From: an uncultured Chloroflexia bacterium
GTDB taxonomy: Bacteria > Chloroflexota > Ktedonobacteria > Ktedonobacterales > JADMIN01
Direction of reading: 5' to 3'
NCBI GenBank assembly: GCA_963718915.1
Contig: CAVRAI010000015.1
Span: 540,001-572,000 of the forward strand
DNA length: 32,000 nucleotides
This document shows, in pieces, positions 6,770 to 14,710 of this stretch. The stretch's first letter is position 1, and each line of letters starts with the position of its first letter. The notes beneath the pieces were generated by a model that saw only the letters and a program-made list of their open reading frames with translations, had not been told where the DNA came from and did no database searches. Both the position numbers and the translations under genes were made by a program.

Positions 6770-8287
6770 GTGAAAGAAGGGAAACCATTGGCAGAACAAC
6801 TGCGCGTCTTCGTAAGCCACAGCTACCAGGACAACGCTTTCTGCCAAGCCATCGTGGCAGCGCTGCGGGATGCCGGCGCGGATGTTTGGTATGACGAGCA
6901 CAGCCTGGGCTGGGGCGAATTGCACGCGGAAATTCAGCGCGAGTTAGGACGCCGGGCCATCTTCATCCTCATTCTCTCCAAAGCAGCCTTCGCCTCGAGG
7001 TGGGTGCTGCGCGAGACTACCTGGGCCTATAAGCTATATGACCGCGACCCAACGCGCGTGATTCTGCCCGTGACGGCCGGACAGATAGAACCAACCGACT
7101 TCGACCCAGAGCAGGGCTGGCTCTTCCTGGATGATTTCAAGCGCATCGAAGCTCATGGCTTTGCGCCATACACGTCTGACGAGGCTGCACGTCGTCTCGT
7201 GCGCGCGCTCGGCTTGACTCCGGTAGGAGAGACGGCTGTGCCACTCACTCCACAGCCAAGCGAGAGCGCGGATGACCTACTGACCCGCGGCAAGGCGCTG
7301 ATCGCGCAGAAGCAGTACGCTGAGGCGCTGCCGCTCTTCGAGCGTGCCACCCAGCTCGCTCCCGGCGCGTTCGATGCCTGGGCCAGCCTGGGCGCTACTC
7401 TCGGCGAGCTAGGTCTCTTCGAGGAGGCACTGTCTGCCTGTGACCGGGCGCTGGCTCTTGACGGCAATGAGGTAGTTGGCTGGACCAACAGAGGTACTGC
7501 GCTTAGCAATTTGCATCGCTCGGTGGAGGCGCTAGTGGCCTATGACCGGGCGCTGGCCCTTGACCCAAGCTTTGCATATGCCTGGTTTAACAAGGGCAGC
7601 GAGCTCGCTGCCCTGGAGCGCTGGCAGGAGGCGCTGATCGCTTTCGATCGCGCACTGGCTCTCGATCCTACTGTCGCGACCTGGACTAGCAAGAGTGTTG
7701 CGCTCCGGAAGCTGGGACGCCTTGAGGAGGCGTTGGCGGCTGATGCAAGCGCGATCGCTCTCGACGACACCAATGCTATCGCCTGGTTTAACAAGGGTGG
7801 CACGCTTTACGAATACAGCCAGTACCAGGAGGCGCTGGTTGCCTTCGACCACGCGCTAACCCTTGATCCAAAGCAACCTAATTTCTGGAACACCAAGGGT
7901 GCTGCGCTCAACAATCTGGGACACTATCAGGAGGCGTTGGTCGCCTTCGATCACGCGCTAGCCTTCAACCCGAACTTTGTAATGGGCTGGATCAATAAAG
8001 GCAACGCACTCGATGAACTGTGCCGTCCTGTGGAGGCGCTCGATGCCTACCAACGAGCACTTGTCCTCGATCCAAACAATCCGTTTGCCTGGGGTAACAG
8101 AGGCGCCTGTTTGCTCCGTTGGGGCCGCTCTGAGGAAGCACTGGTTGCCTTCGACCACGCGCTAGCCCTTGATGCCAGATATGCCAATGCGTGGCATAAC
8201 AAAGGCATTGTGTTGCGCAAGTTGAGGCGCAATTCCGAGGCTAAGGCAGCAGAGCGGCGTGCCAGAGAACTGGGCTGGAAGGGATAA
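6770..8287 (+). CDS. TIR domain protein fused to ten TPR repeats
   Basis: N-terminus VFVSHSYQD..AGADVWYDEHSL..IFILILSKAAFASRWVLRE has a TIR-like layout. From aa ~176 there are ten 34-aa TPR units (recurrent EAL.AFD.AL.LDP...W.NKG). The tracked start is GTG 6770. The in-frame TTG 6788 follows AAGAAGGGAA and may be the true start. Confidence 0.8.
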   Translation: MKEGKPLAEQLRVFVSHSYQDNAFCQAIVAALRDAGADVWYDEHSLGWGELHAEIQRELGRRAIFILILSKAAFASRWVLRETTWAYKLYDRDPTRVILPVTAGQIEPTDFDPEQGWLFLDDFKRIEAHGFAPYTSDEAARRLVRALGLTPVGETAVPLTPQPSESADDLLTRGKALIAQKQYAEALPLFERATQLAPGAFDAWASLGATLGELGLFEEALSACDRALALDGNEVVGWTNRGTALSNLHRSVEALVAYDRALALDPSFAYAWFNKGSELAALERWQEALIAFDRALALDPTVATWTSKSVALRKLGRLEEALAADASAIALDDTNAIAWFNKGGTLYEYSQYQEALVAFDHALTLDPKQPNFWNTKGAALNNLGHYQEALVAFDHALAFNPNFVMGWINKGNALDELCRPVEALDAYQRALVLDPNNPFAWGNRGACLLRWGRSEEALVAFDHALALDARYANAWHNKGIVLRKLRRNSEAKAAERRARELGWKG

Positions 8288-8434
8288 GCAGGCGACCGTT
8301 TCCCCCTGATCTATTCCTCATAAAGTAGGTGAGGGAACCCCAAACCAGCGGATTTAGGGATGGGGTGCGTCTGGAATCCTTCTCCTTAACAGGGGAGATT
8401 GTCCGACCGCAGGGAGGTCAGGAGGGGGCATGGA

Positions 8435-9478
8435 TCAGTCTTCGAGTGGGAATGATTGAGCGGCGCGCCACGCGGCGAGGTCGGCATCGTCCGGTTCGGG
8501 AACCCACGAGCGCAGCAGCCGTGTCTCGTCGTCGCCGATGAATGTATGCGCGCCAATCGTCGCGGGTAGCACCGCCGTCTCGCCCTGCGCCAACCGCACG
8601 CTGCCCTCATCCGACGCAATCTCGCAGCGACCCGCCAGCGCCGTCACGATCTGGCAGCTTGTCGGGCGAACCGTGCCCGCGCGCTTGCCGTTCAGCGTCA
8701 GTTCATCCAGCACGAAGTAGTGGCAGCCAACCAGCACCCGCCGCTCGTCACGCGCCAGTGGCGTCACGCGCTCCAGTGTCTGCGGGGCGTAGCGCATCAC
8801 CGCCAGCCCCTGCTCGATATGCAGGTCACGCGGGCGGCCATCCGCCTGCAAGCGGCCATAGTCATACAGGCGATACGTGATGTCCGAGTATTCCTGGAGT
8901 TCGTAGAGGGCGACCCCAGCGCAGATCGCGTGGACGGTGCCTGCGGGAACGAAGATGATGTCGCCCGGTTTCACCTCGACGCTATGCAACACATCTTCCA
9001 GTGTGTTGGTCGCGATGGCCTGGCGTATCTCATCCCGCGTCGTCTCCCGGTTCAGCCCATAGACGACTCGCGCTCCCGGCGCCGTGTGGAGGATGTACCA
9101 CATCTCGGTCTTGCCCAGCTTGCCGCCCTCGTGCGCGGCGGCATACTCGTCGTTGGGGTGAACCTGCACGGAAAGCTGGTCATGCGCGTCGAGGAACTTG
9201 GTCAGCAGGGGGAATCGCTCGCCGAAGACGGCCGCCGCCCGCGCGCCGATCAGGTCGACGCCGTAGTACTCGGTAAGTGCGCCAAGCGTCTGGTCAGCAT
9301 AGGGGGGATTAGTCGCGATGGCGTCAAGCGCTGTCTCCCACGATTCGCCGATGCGCTTCCCCGGCGGCACATCCTTACCCGCGATGGCGCGCAGATTTTC
9401 GCCGCCCCAGATCGTCTCGTGCAGGCTGGCGCGAAGTTGAATCGGCCCCAGACGGCGTGCTATCTGCCCTGTGCTCAT
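8435..9478 (-). CDS. manA: class I mannose-6-phosphate isomerase
   Basis: ETIWGG, GESWE, QVHPND, EMWYIL and VHAI are the type I PMI metal-site and cupin motifs. Start chosen at ATG 9478 (MSTGQIARRL...). The longer ORF to 9631 runs through the intergenic repeat and is unlikely to be coding. Confidence 0.8.
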   Translation of the reverse strand: MSTGQIARRLGPIQLRASLHETIWGGENLRAIAGKDVPPGKRIGESWETALDAIATNPPYADQTLGALTEYYGVDLIGARAAAVFGERFPLLTKFLDAHDQLSVQVHPNDEYAAAHEGGKLGKTEMWYILHTAPGARVVYGLNRETTRDEIRQAIATNTLEDVLHSVEVKPGDIIFVPAGTVHAICAGVALYELQEYSDITYRLYDYGRLQADGRPRDLHIEQGLAVMRYAPQTLERVTPLARDERRVLVGCHYFVLDELTLNGKRAGTVRPTSCQIVTALAGRCEIASDEGSVRLAQGETAVLPATIGAHTFIGDDETRLLRSWVPEPDDADLAAWRAAQSFPLED

Positions 9479-9540
9479 TAACCTGTTTCTCTCAGTTCGT
9501 ATAACAAAGCTGTCTGAGTTGTTATTCATTAGGGGAACGT

Positions 9541-9636
9541 GCCGGAGCATGAATGCCCCGGCGAATGTCCGCGTCGTCATCATCTGCCCATTCGCCGTAG
9601 CGTAAATGCTACGGCTTGCCTGCCCTCGCAAACGCC
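9541..9636 (-). repeat. structured intergenic repeat, family 1, copy B (inverted orientation)
   Basis: On the minus strand it reads GCGAGGGCAGGCAAGCCGTAGC-atttac-GCTACGGCGAATGGGCAG ... ATTCGCCGGGGC-attcat-GCTCCGGC. These are the same modules as copies A and C. Lies 63-158 nt upstream of the manA start. Confidence 0.75.
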
Positions 9637-9760
9637 AACCACTACGACGGATTTTGTAGAGCAGGCGCCCAAACTACAGGCGACAAAAACGCCGCGCCAC
9701 GAGATAGTATCTCATGACACGGCATGCTAGCATTCGGAGGCAGGAGAAATGGGCGGTCTG

Positions 9761-10036
9761 CTATTGAACCCGGTTGAGCAGGTCAACGGCCCGCAGCACC
9801 GCCTCCCGCGACTCTGGCGAGGTGTCGTCGCCTAGAGCATCGGTAATCTGACACTTCAGGACTTCCGTGGCCACCCGGTCCATGGCGGCGCGAGCAGCCA
9901 GAATCTGCGTCACCACTTGCTCGCAGGACTTCCCCTCGCCGAGCATGTTGATGATGCCGCGGATCTGCCCCTCGATGCGTCGCAGGCGCAACTGCATGTC
10001 ATTCTCGGTTTTCGGCGGTAGCGTCGCCATTGTCAT
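9761..10036 (-). CDS. CsoR/RcnR/FrmR-family (DUF156) transcriptional repressor, His-less two-Cys variant
   Basis: LRRIEGQIRGI..M is the family signature helix. The 91-aa protein has exactly two Cys (GKSCEQ and LKCQI) and no histidine at all. Lies 23 nt downstream of the thioredoxin gene on the same strand. Confidence 0.8.
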   Translation of the reverse strand: MTMATLPPKTENDMQLRLRRIEGQIRGIINMLGEGKSCEQVVTQILAARAAMDRVATEVLKCQITDALGDDTSPESREAVLRAVDLLNRVQ

Positions 10037-10059
10037 TCACTCCAGGTCAGTACGCCAAT

Positions 10060-10395
10060 TTATGCGTGCGAGCTGACGCCATCCAGGTGGCGCTTGAGCA
10101 CCTCGCCCTGCACCAGTCCAACTACGCGGTCAACTTCCTTGCCACCACTGAAGATGATCATCGTGGGAATACCCTGAATGCCCAGGCGGGAAGGGGTTGT
10201 CATGTTGTCGTCGGTATTCATCTTGGCAAAGGTGACTTTCCCAGCGTACTCGCCAGCCAGCCGCTCAAATGTGGGAGCCATCCGCAGGCACGGAGTGCAC
10301 CAGGGCGCCCAGAAATCGACGATCACCGGTTTATCTGACTGAAGCACCTTCTCGCCAAATGTCTGATCGGTCACTTCGACATAAGCGTCTGACAT
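10060..10395 (-). CDS. trxA: thioredoxin with atypical WCTPC active site
   Basis: 111 aa. VIVDFWAPWCTPCLRMAP..., GIQGIPTMIIF and the overall length fit thioredoxin. The canonical motif is WCGPC. Confidence 0.85.
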   Translation of the reverse strand: MSDAYVEVTDQTFGEKVLQSDKPVIVDFWAPWCTPCLRMAPTFERLAGEYAGKVTFAKMNTDDNMTTPSRLGIQGIPTMIIFSGGKEVDRVVGLVQGEVLKRHLDGVSSHA

Positions 10396-10439
10396 GAGAG
10401 AAATCCTCCTGGGCGAAATCTGGCCCGTCTACGTTGCTA

Positions 10440-10456
10440 TTACCCTACGGGGGTAT
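10440..10456. promoter_or_regulatory. candidate CsoR-family operator (TACCC-N5-GGGTA inverted repeat)
   Basis: tTACCCTACGGGGGTAt lies about 45-60 nt upstream of the trx start on the minus strand, inside the divergent trx / cysteine desulfurase region. It is a G/C-tract-centred palindrome of the kind bound by CsoR-like repressors. Confidence 0.45.
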
Positions 10457-10593
10457 CGTATACATGCTACCACCGGCCAGGCATCCCGTCAAGGGCGCGG
10501 CGCGCTGGTTCTCCGTCCCTGCCTGGTGCTATGATGGAACAGACGACGGGATGTCATCTATCACCATACCCACCAGGATGCGGAGCAAATAGC

Positions 10594-11760
10594 ATGCCAC
10601 TCAGCGATGGCGTCATTTATATGGATCATGCGGCAACCACCCCGGTTGACCCCGACGTGCTCGCCGCGATGCTCCCCTATTTCACCGAGCGCTTCGGCAA
10701 CCCCAGCAGCATTTATCGCCTGGGGCGCGAGAGCATGGATGCGCTGGAGACCGCGCATGAGACCGTCGCGCGCGTGCTGGGGTGTCGCCCGGTGGAAATC
10801 ATCTTTACCGGCGGCGGCTCGGAGGCCGATAACCTGGCGATCAAGGGAGTGGCCTACGCCAAACGACGCCGTGGCAACCATATCATCACCACCTCTATCG
10901 AGCACCATGCCGTCTTATATACCTGCCAGCAACTCGAACGCGAGGGCTACCGCGTTACCTATCTGCCGGTGGATGAGGCAGGGCTGGTGAATCCCGCCGA
11001 CGTGGCCGCCGCCATCACGGATGAGACCGCGCTCGTGACGATGATGTATGCCAACAACGAGGTGGGCACGATCCAGCCAATCGCCGAGATCGGGCGTATC
11101 TGTCGCGAGCGGCGCGTCCCGTTCCATACCGACGCGGTGCAGGCGGGCGGCCTCCTCAACCTTGACGTCAATACCCTCGGTGTGGATCTGCTCACGCTCT
11201 CCGCTCATAAGTTCTACGGCCCCAAGGGCGTCGGCGTCCTCTACGCGCGCCAGGGCACGCGCATCCAGCCGCAGGTGCTTGGTGGCTCCCAGGAGCGCAA
11301 CCGTCGCGCCGGCACCGAGAATGTGCCGGGGGCGGTCGGCGCCGCCACCGCACTGGAGCGGGCGCAGGCGGTCCGCGCGGAGGAGTCGGCCCGGCTGGTG
11401 GCGCTACGCGACCGGCTCATCAGCGCCATCCTGCGCATCCCCGACACTCGGCTCACCGGGCATCCTGAGCGTCGGCTGCCCAACAATGCCAGCTTCGCGT
11501 TCGCGGGCGTCGAGGGTGAATCGCTGCTGCTCAATCTCGATCTGATCGGCGTCGCGGCGTCCAGCGGTAGCGCCTGTACGACGGGCAGCGTCGAGCCATC
11601 GCATGTGCTGACGGCGATGGGCATCTCCGAGAGTGGCGCGCGCGGCCATCTGCGGCTGACGCTCGGCCACAGCAGCGATAACGGCGATGTAGACTTTGTG
11701 CTGGAACACCTGCCCGCCATCGTCGAGCGGCTGCGGGCGCTTTCCACCCGGCCTGTGTAG
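10594..11760 (+). CDS. cysteine desulfurase (NifS/IscS class, PLP-dependent)
   Basis: ATG 10594 lies 8 nt after GGAG. YMDHAATTP, the SAHKFYGPKG PLP-lysine motif and the SSGSACTTGS active-site Cys loop are present. Confidence 0.85.
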   Translation: MPLSDGVIYMDHAATTPVDPDVLAAMLPYFTERFGNPSSIYRLGRESMDALETAHETVARVLGCRPVEIIFTGGGSEADNLAIKGVAYAKRRRGNHIITTSIEHHAVLYTCQQLEREGYRVTYLPVDEAGLVNPADVAAAITDETALVTMMYANNEVGTIQPIAEIGRICRERRVPFHTDAVQAGGLLNLDVNTLGVDLLTLSAHKFYGPKGVGVLYARQGTRIQPQVLGGSQERNRRAGTENVPGAVGAATALERAQAVRAEESARLVALRDRLISAILRIPDTRLTGHPERRLPNNASFAFAGVEGESLLLNLDLIGVAASSGSACTTGSVEPSHVLTAMGISESGARGHLRLTLGHSSDNGDVDFVLEHLPAIVERLRALSTRPV

Positions 11761-11860
11761 CGTGTTGTCACCGTGGGAACGGGATGTGCGTATGTACTCC
11801 TGAGAGGGACGGACGCTCCAGACCAGGCGCCAGATTCGCTAACCCAGAAAGGATGCGACA

Positions 11861-12349
11861 ATGAGCACCGATCAGCCATCAGGCGAGTATGGACAACAGC
11901 AGGACCAGCAGCCATCGCGGGAACAGCCGCCCGATGCGCCCCCACCCATGCCACCGCAGGAGCCATCATATCCGCCTCCACCACCGCCTCCGCAACAGTA
12001 CATGCCGCCGCCACCCATGCAGCCACACGAAGCGCCGCCACCCGCGCCGCACCCACCGCAGTATGCGCCACCGCCGCCTATGCAGCAATATGCGCCACCT
12101 CCGCCGCCACAGATGCAGTCGCAGGCAGGCGTTCCCGCGCAGGGCTACGACTGGACGGTGGCCCTGATTCTCTCGATCCTGCTTGGGGAGCTGGGCGTTG
12201 ACCGCTTCTATACCGGCAGCATCGGGCTTGGTATCCTCAAGCTGGTTACGTTCGGCGGTTGTGGCATCTGGTGGATCGTCGATATCATTCTGATCGCCAC
12301 CGGATCGTACAAAGACGCGCAGGGTCGCCCACTCGTGCGCAAATTGTAA
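11861..12349 (+). CDS. TM2 domain protein with long Pro/Gln-rich N-terminus
   Basis: C-terminal GYDWTVALILSILLGELGVDRFYTGSIGLGILKLVTFGGCGIWWIVDIILI is a TM2 two-helix module with the DRF motif. The N-terminal ~95 aa are PPPP(M)Q repeats. RBS GAAAGGA. Confidence 0.8.
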   Translation: MSTDQPSGEYGQQQDQQPSREQPPDAPPPMPPQEPSYPPPPPPPQQYMPPPPMQPHEAPPPAPHPPQYAPPPPMQQYAPPPPPQMQSQAGVPAQGYDWTVALILSILLGELGVDRFYTGSIGLGILKLVTFGGCGIWWIVDIILIATGSYKDAQGRPLVRKL

Positions 12350-12455
12350 GCGAGGGCAGTGGACAGACGGGCAAACGATAGCGCATGCCTGGATCCATCA
12401 GGCATGCCTCGTGTTCGTATACGGGTCTTCCGTAGATGTGATGGAGAAGGCGAGA

Positions 12456-12752
12456 ATGGGCTACGATCAGCCACCCAACTACTATGGACAGCAGCAACCC
12501 TATGCGCCACCACCGATGCAGGCGCAGCCGGGCGTCCCAACCGAAGGGTACGACTGGACCATCGCGCTGATTCTTGCCATTGTCGTCGGAGCCTATGGTG
12601 TCGATCGTTTCTATACCGGGAGTATCACCCTCGGTATCTTGAAACTTCTCACCCTTGGCGGCTGCGGCATCTGGTGGCTCGTCGACATCATCATGATCGC
12701 CACCGGCTCCTATAAGGACGCCTACGGACGCCCACTCATGCGCAAGCCATGA
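12456..12752 (+). CDS. TM2 domain protein (tandem paralog)
   Basis: MGYDQPPNYYGQQQ aligns with MSTDQPSGEYGQQQ of the upstream paralog. Same TM2 core (GVDRFYTGSITLGILKLLTLGGCGIWWLVDIIMI). Start ATG 12456 follows GGAGAAGG. The ORF track begins earlier, at 12411. Confidence 0.75.
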   Translation: MGYDQPPNYYGQQQPYAPPPMQAQPGVPTEGYDWTIALILAIVVGAYGVDRFYTGSITLGILKLLTLGGCGIWWLVDIIMIATGSYKDAYGRPLMRKP

Positions 12753-13048
12753 GCCGCGACGCGCGCCTTGCAGTGGGGAAGATAGGATGCTACATCCTCT
12801 TCCCCCTCATCTTCTGGCTGATTCCCACCGCGCGCATCGAGGCGGGGCCGTCGCTCTGCCTGATTCGCCGCCTCACTGGTTCGCCATGCCCCGGCTGTGG
12901 CATGACCCGCGCGCTTTCCTGCGCGACGCACGGCCATCCACGCCGCGCCATCGCCTATAACAGCCGCGTGGTCATCGTGCTACCGCTGCTGCTCTGGGTA
13001 TGGGCGCGCGGGCTGCTCCGGGAATGGCGCGGCTTCCAGGCGTCGTAG
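12749..13048 (+). CDS. DUF2752-like membrane protein (CPGCGMTRA motif)
   Basis: ATG 12749 overlaps the TM2 stop (ATGA). Has CLIRRLTGSPCPGCGMTRA and flanking TM helices. The stop TAG 13046-13048 lies inside family-1 repeat copy C. Confidence 0.7.
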   Translation: MSRDARLAVGKIGCYILFPLIFWLIPTARIEAGPSLCLIRRLTGSPCPGCGMTRALSCATHGHPRRAIAYNSRVVIVLPLLLWVWARGLLREWRGFQAS

Positions 13049-13259
13049 CGGGCGAGGCAGGTCGTAGCGTGAACGCTACGGCGAATTTCCCTGCCCATTC
13101 GCCGGGGCCTTCAGGCTCCGGCTAGCGAACGACTATATCAATGCTCCGGCGAAGTGGAGAAGTGAGGGCAAGCAAGCCGTAGCGTTTACGCTACGGCACG
13201 TCCACCCCAGCACCCAATGGACGGGGTTCATCCTAAACGTACATTACGCTCCGGCCTGC
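13040..13259 (+). repeat. structured intergenic repeat, family 1, copy C (two tandem modules, + orientation)
   Basis: GCGTCGTAGCGGGCGAGGCAGGTCGTAGCG-tgaa-CGCTACGGCGAAT (13040-13086). GCCGGGGC-cttcag-GCTCCGGC (13101-13122). GCCGTAGCG-ttta-CGCTACGGC (13176-13197). End block CTAAACGTACATTACGCTCCGGCCTGC (to 13259). Lies between convergent genes. Confidence 0.8.
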
Positions 13260-13285
13260 TCATTTCGCCGCAAACCCTGAGCATC

Positions 13286-14572
13286 CTATTCGGTGATGCC
13301 AAAAGCCGATGCCTCCAGCGACCCATAGGTTGTCAGCACCTGATGCTCCGTGCAGGGGAAGCGATCCAGCACGCGCCGCACATCCGCCACCGTGACCGCC
13401 TCGATCTCGGCAATCTCGTCCTGAATGGACCGGACCTCTTCCTTCGCCGCCCAGGTGTAGGCCAGATCCTGCATGCGGCTGAACGCGGAGTCGCCATCCA
13501 GCACCGTGCGGCTGACGAGCTTGTCTTTGGCGCGCCGCAATTCATCCTCATGGATGCCATCCGCCTGAAGGCTCGCCAGCTCGGCGTGGAGCAACTCCAG
13601 CACCCCCGGCGCGTGATCCGGCGTCGTGCTGATGAATGCGACGCACATGCCGGCGCCATCCATCGGGGAGAGCGAGGCGGCGGCGGTCTCGGCCAGCCCC
13701 TTCTGGTAGATGTTCCAGAAGAGACGCGAGCCAGTGCCATCACCCAGCACCATCATAGCCAGATAGGCGGCATAGAGGTCGTCGTCCTGCACGCTCACTC
13801 CTGGCCACGCCAGCAGCATGATCTGCTGTTTCTGCTGCGGCTTGACGATGACCGTAGACGCCGACTCTGGGGTAAACGGTGGCGCCTCGCGGCTCATCTC
13901 GCCAGATTGCCACGCGCCGCACTTCTCTTCGGCCAGCGCGCGCAGTTCGTCCCACTCGAAGTTGCCTGCCACCGCCAGGATGAGGTTATTGGCGGCGTAG
14001 CGGCGACCGTGGTAGGCGCGCATCTGCTCCACCTGAAGATCGCCGATGCTCTCGCGGGTGCCCAGCACATCATGGCCCAGTGAATTGCCCGCGAAGAAGC
14101 TCTGCATCATGCGGCGGTAGGCCTGCCCCGTCGGCACGTCTTCGGAGCGCGCGATCTCTTCCAGAATCACATTGCGTTCGAGATTGAAATCGTCCGCGTC
14201 AAGCCTGGGGCGCATCATATCACTGAGCAGGTCGATGGCGTTGGGCAAATACTCCCGTAGCACGCGGGTATAGAACACCGTCTGTTCGAGCGAGGTGAAG
14301 GCGTTGAACTCCGCGCCCATCCGGTTGAAGTCGAGGGTAATCTGCTCGGTGTCGCGATGGGCAGTTCCCTTGAAGACCATATGCTCCAGGAAATGCGAGA
14401 CGCCATAGAGGGCGGCGTCATGCTCGTCGCGCGCGCCAGTGCGGGCGAAAAAGCAGACGGAGACAGACTCCAGATCGGGCATCCGCTGACCCAGGATTTG
14501 CAGGCCGTTCTCCAGCCGGTCCACATAGAAGTTCTGTTCCGCGTGCTCACGCTGCTGCGAAGGTACCGTCAT
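13286..14572 (-). CDS. M16 (pitrilysin/insulinase) family zinc peptidase
   Basis: 428 aa. The HFLEHMVFKGT inverted zincin motif HxxEH lies near the N-terminus, with the downstream E of the family (EQTVFY/ILEEI region). Confidence 0.85.
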   Translation of the reverse strand: MTVPSQQREHAEQNFYVDRLENGLQILGQRMPDLESVSVCFFARTGARDEHDAALYGVSHFLEHMVFKGTAHRDTEQITLDFNRMGAEFNAFTSLEQTVFYTRVLREYLPNAIDLLSDMMRPRLDADDFNLERNVILEEIARSEDVPTGQAYRRMMQSFFAGNSLGHDVLGTRESIGDLQVEQMRAYHGRRYAANNLILAVAGNFEWDELRALAEEKCGAWQSGEMSREAPPFTPESASTVIVKPQQKQQIMLLAWPGVSVQDDDLYAAYLAMMVLGDGTGSRLFWNIYQKGLAETAAASLSPMDGAGMCVAFISTTPDHAPGVLELLHAELASLQADGIHEDELRRAKDKLVSRTVLDGDSAFSRMQDLAYTWAAKEEVRSIQDEIAEIEAVTVADVRRVLDRFPCTEHQVLTTYGSLEASAFGITE

Positions 14573-14680
14573 GAAGCTGCTCTTTTCCTATACTGAGTTG
14601 TTCTGAATGGCACGCGGCGTGACAGTCGAATGTTTCAGCGCCGCAGGCACGAGGAAGCGTGCATCGGGGAATTTCCCCCC

Positions 14681-14710
14681 TTGCATTACTATACAACTCT
14701 CATGTATACT
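14681..14710 (+). promoter_or_regulatory. sigma70-type promoter candidate inside the long 14573-15356 non-coding region
   Basis: TTGCAT (14681-14686), 18-nt spacer, TATACT (14705-14710). Points toward a 33-codon sORF (14751-14852) and, about 640 nt away, the aminotransferase gene. Confidence 0.35.
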
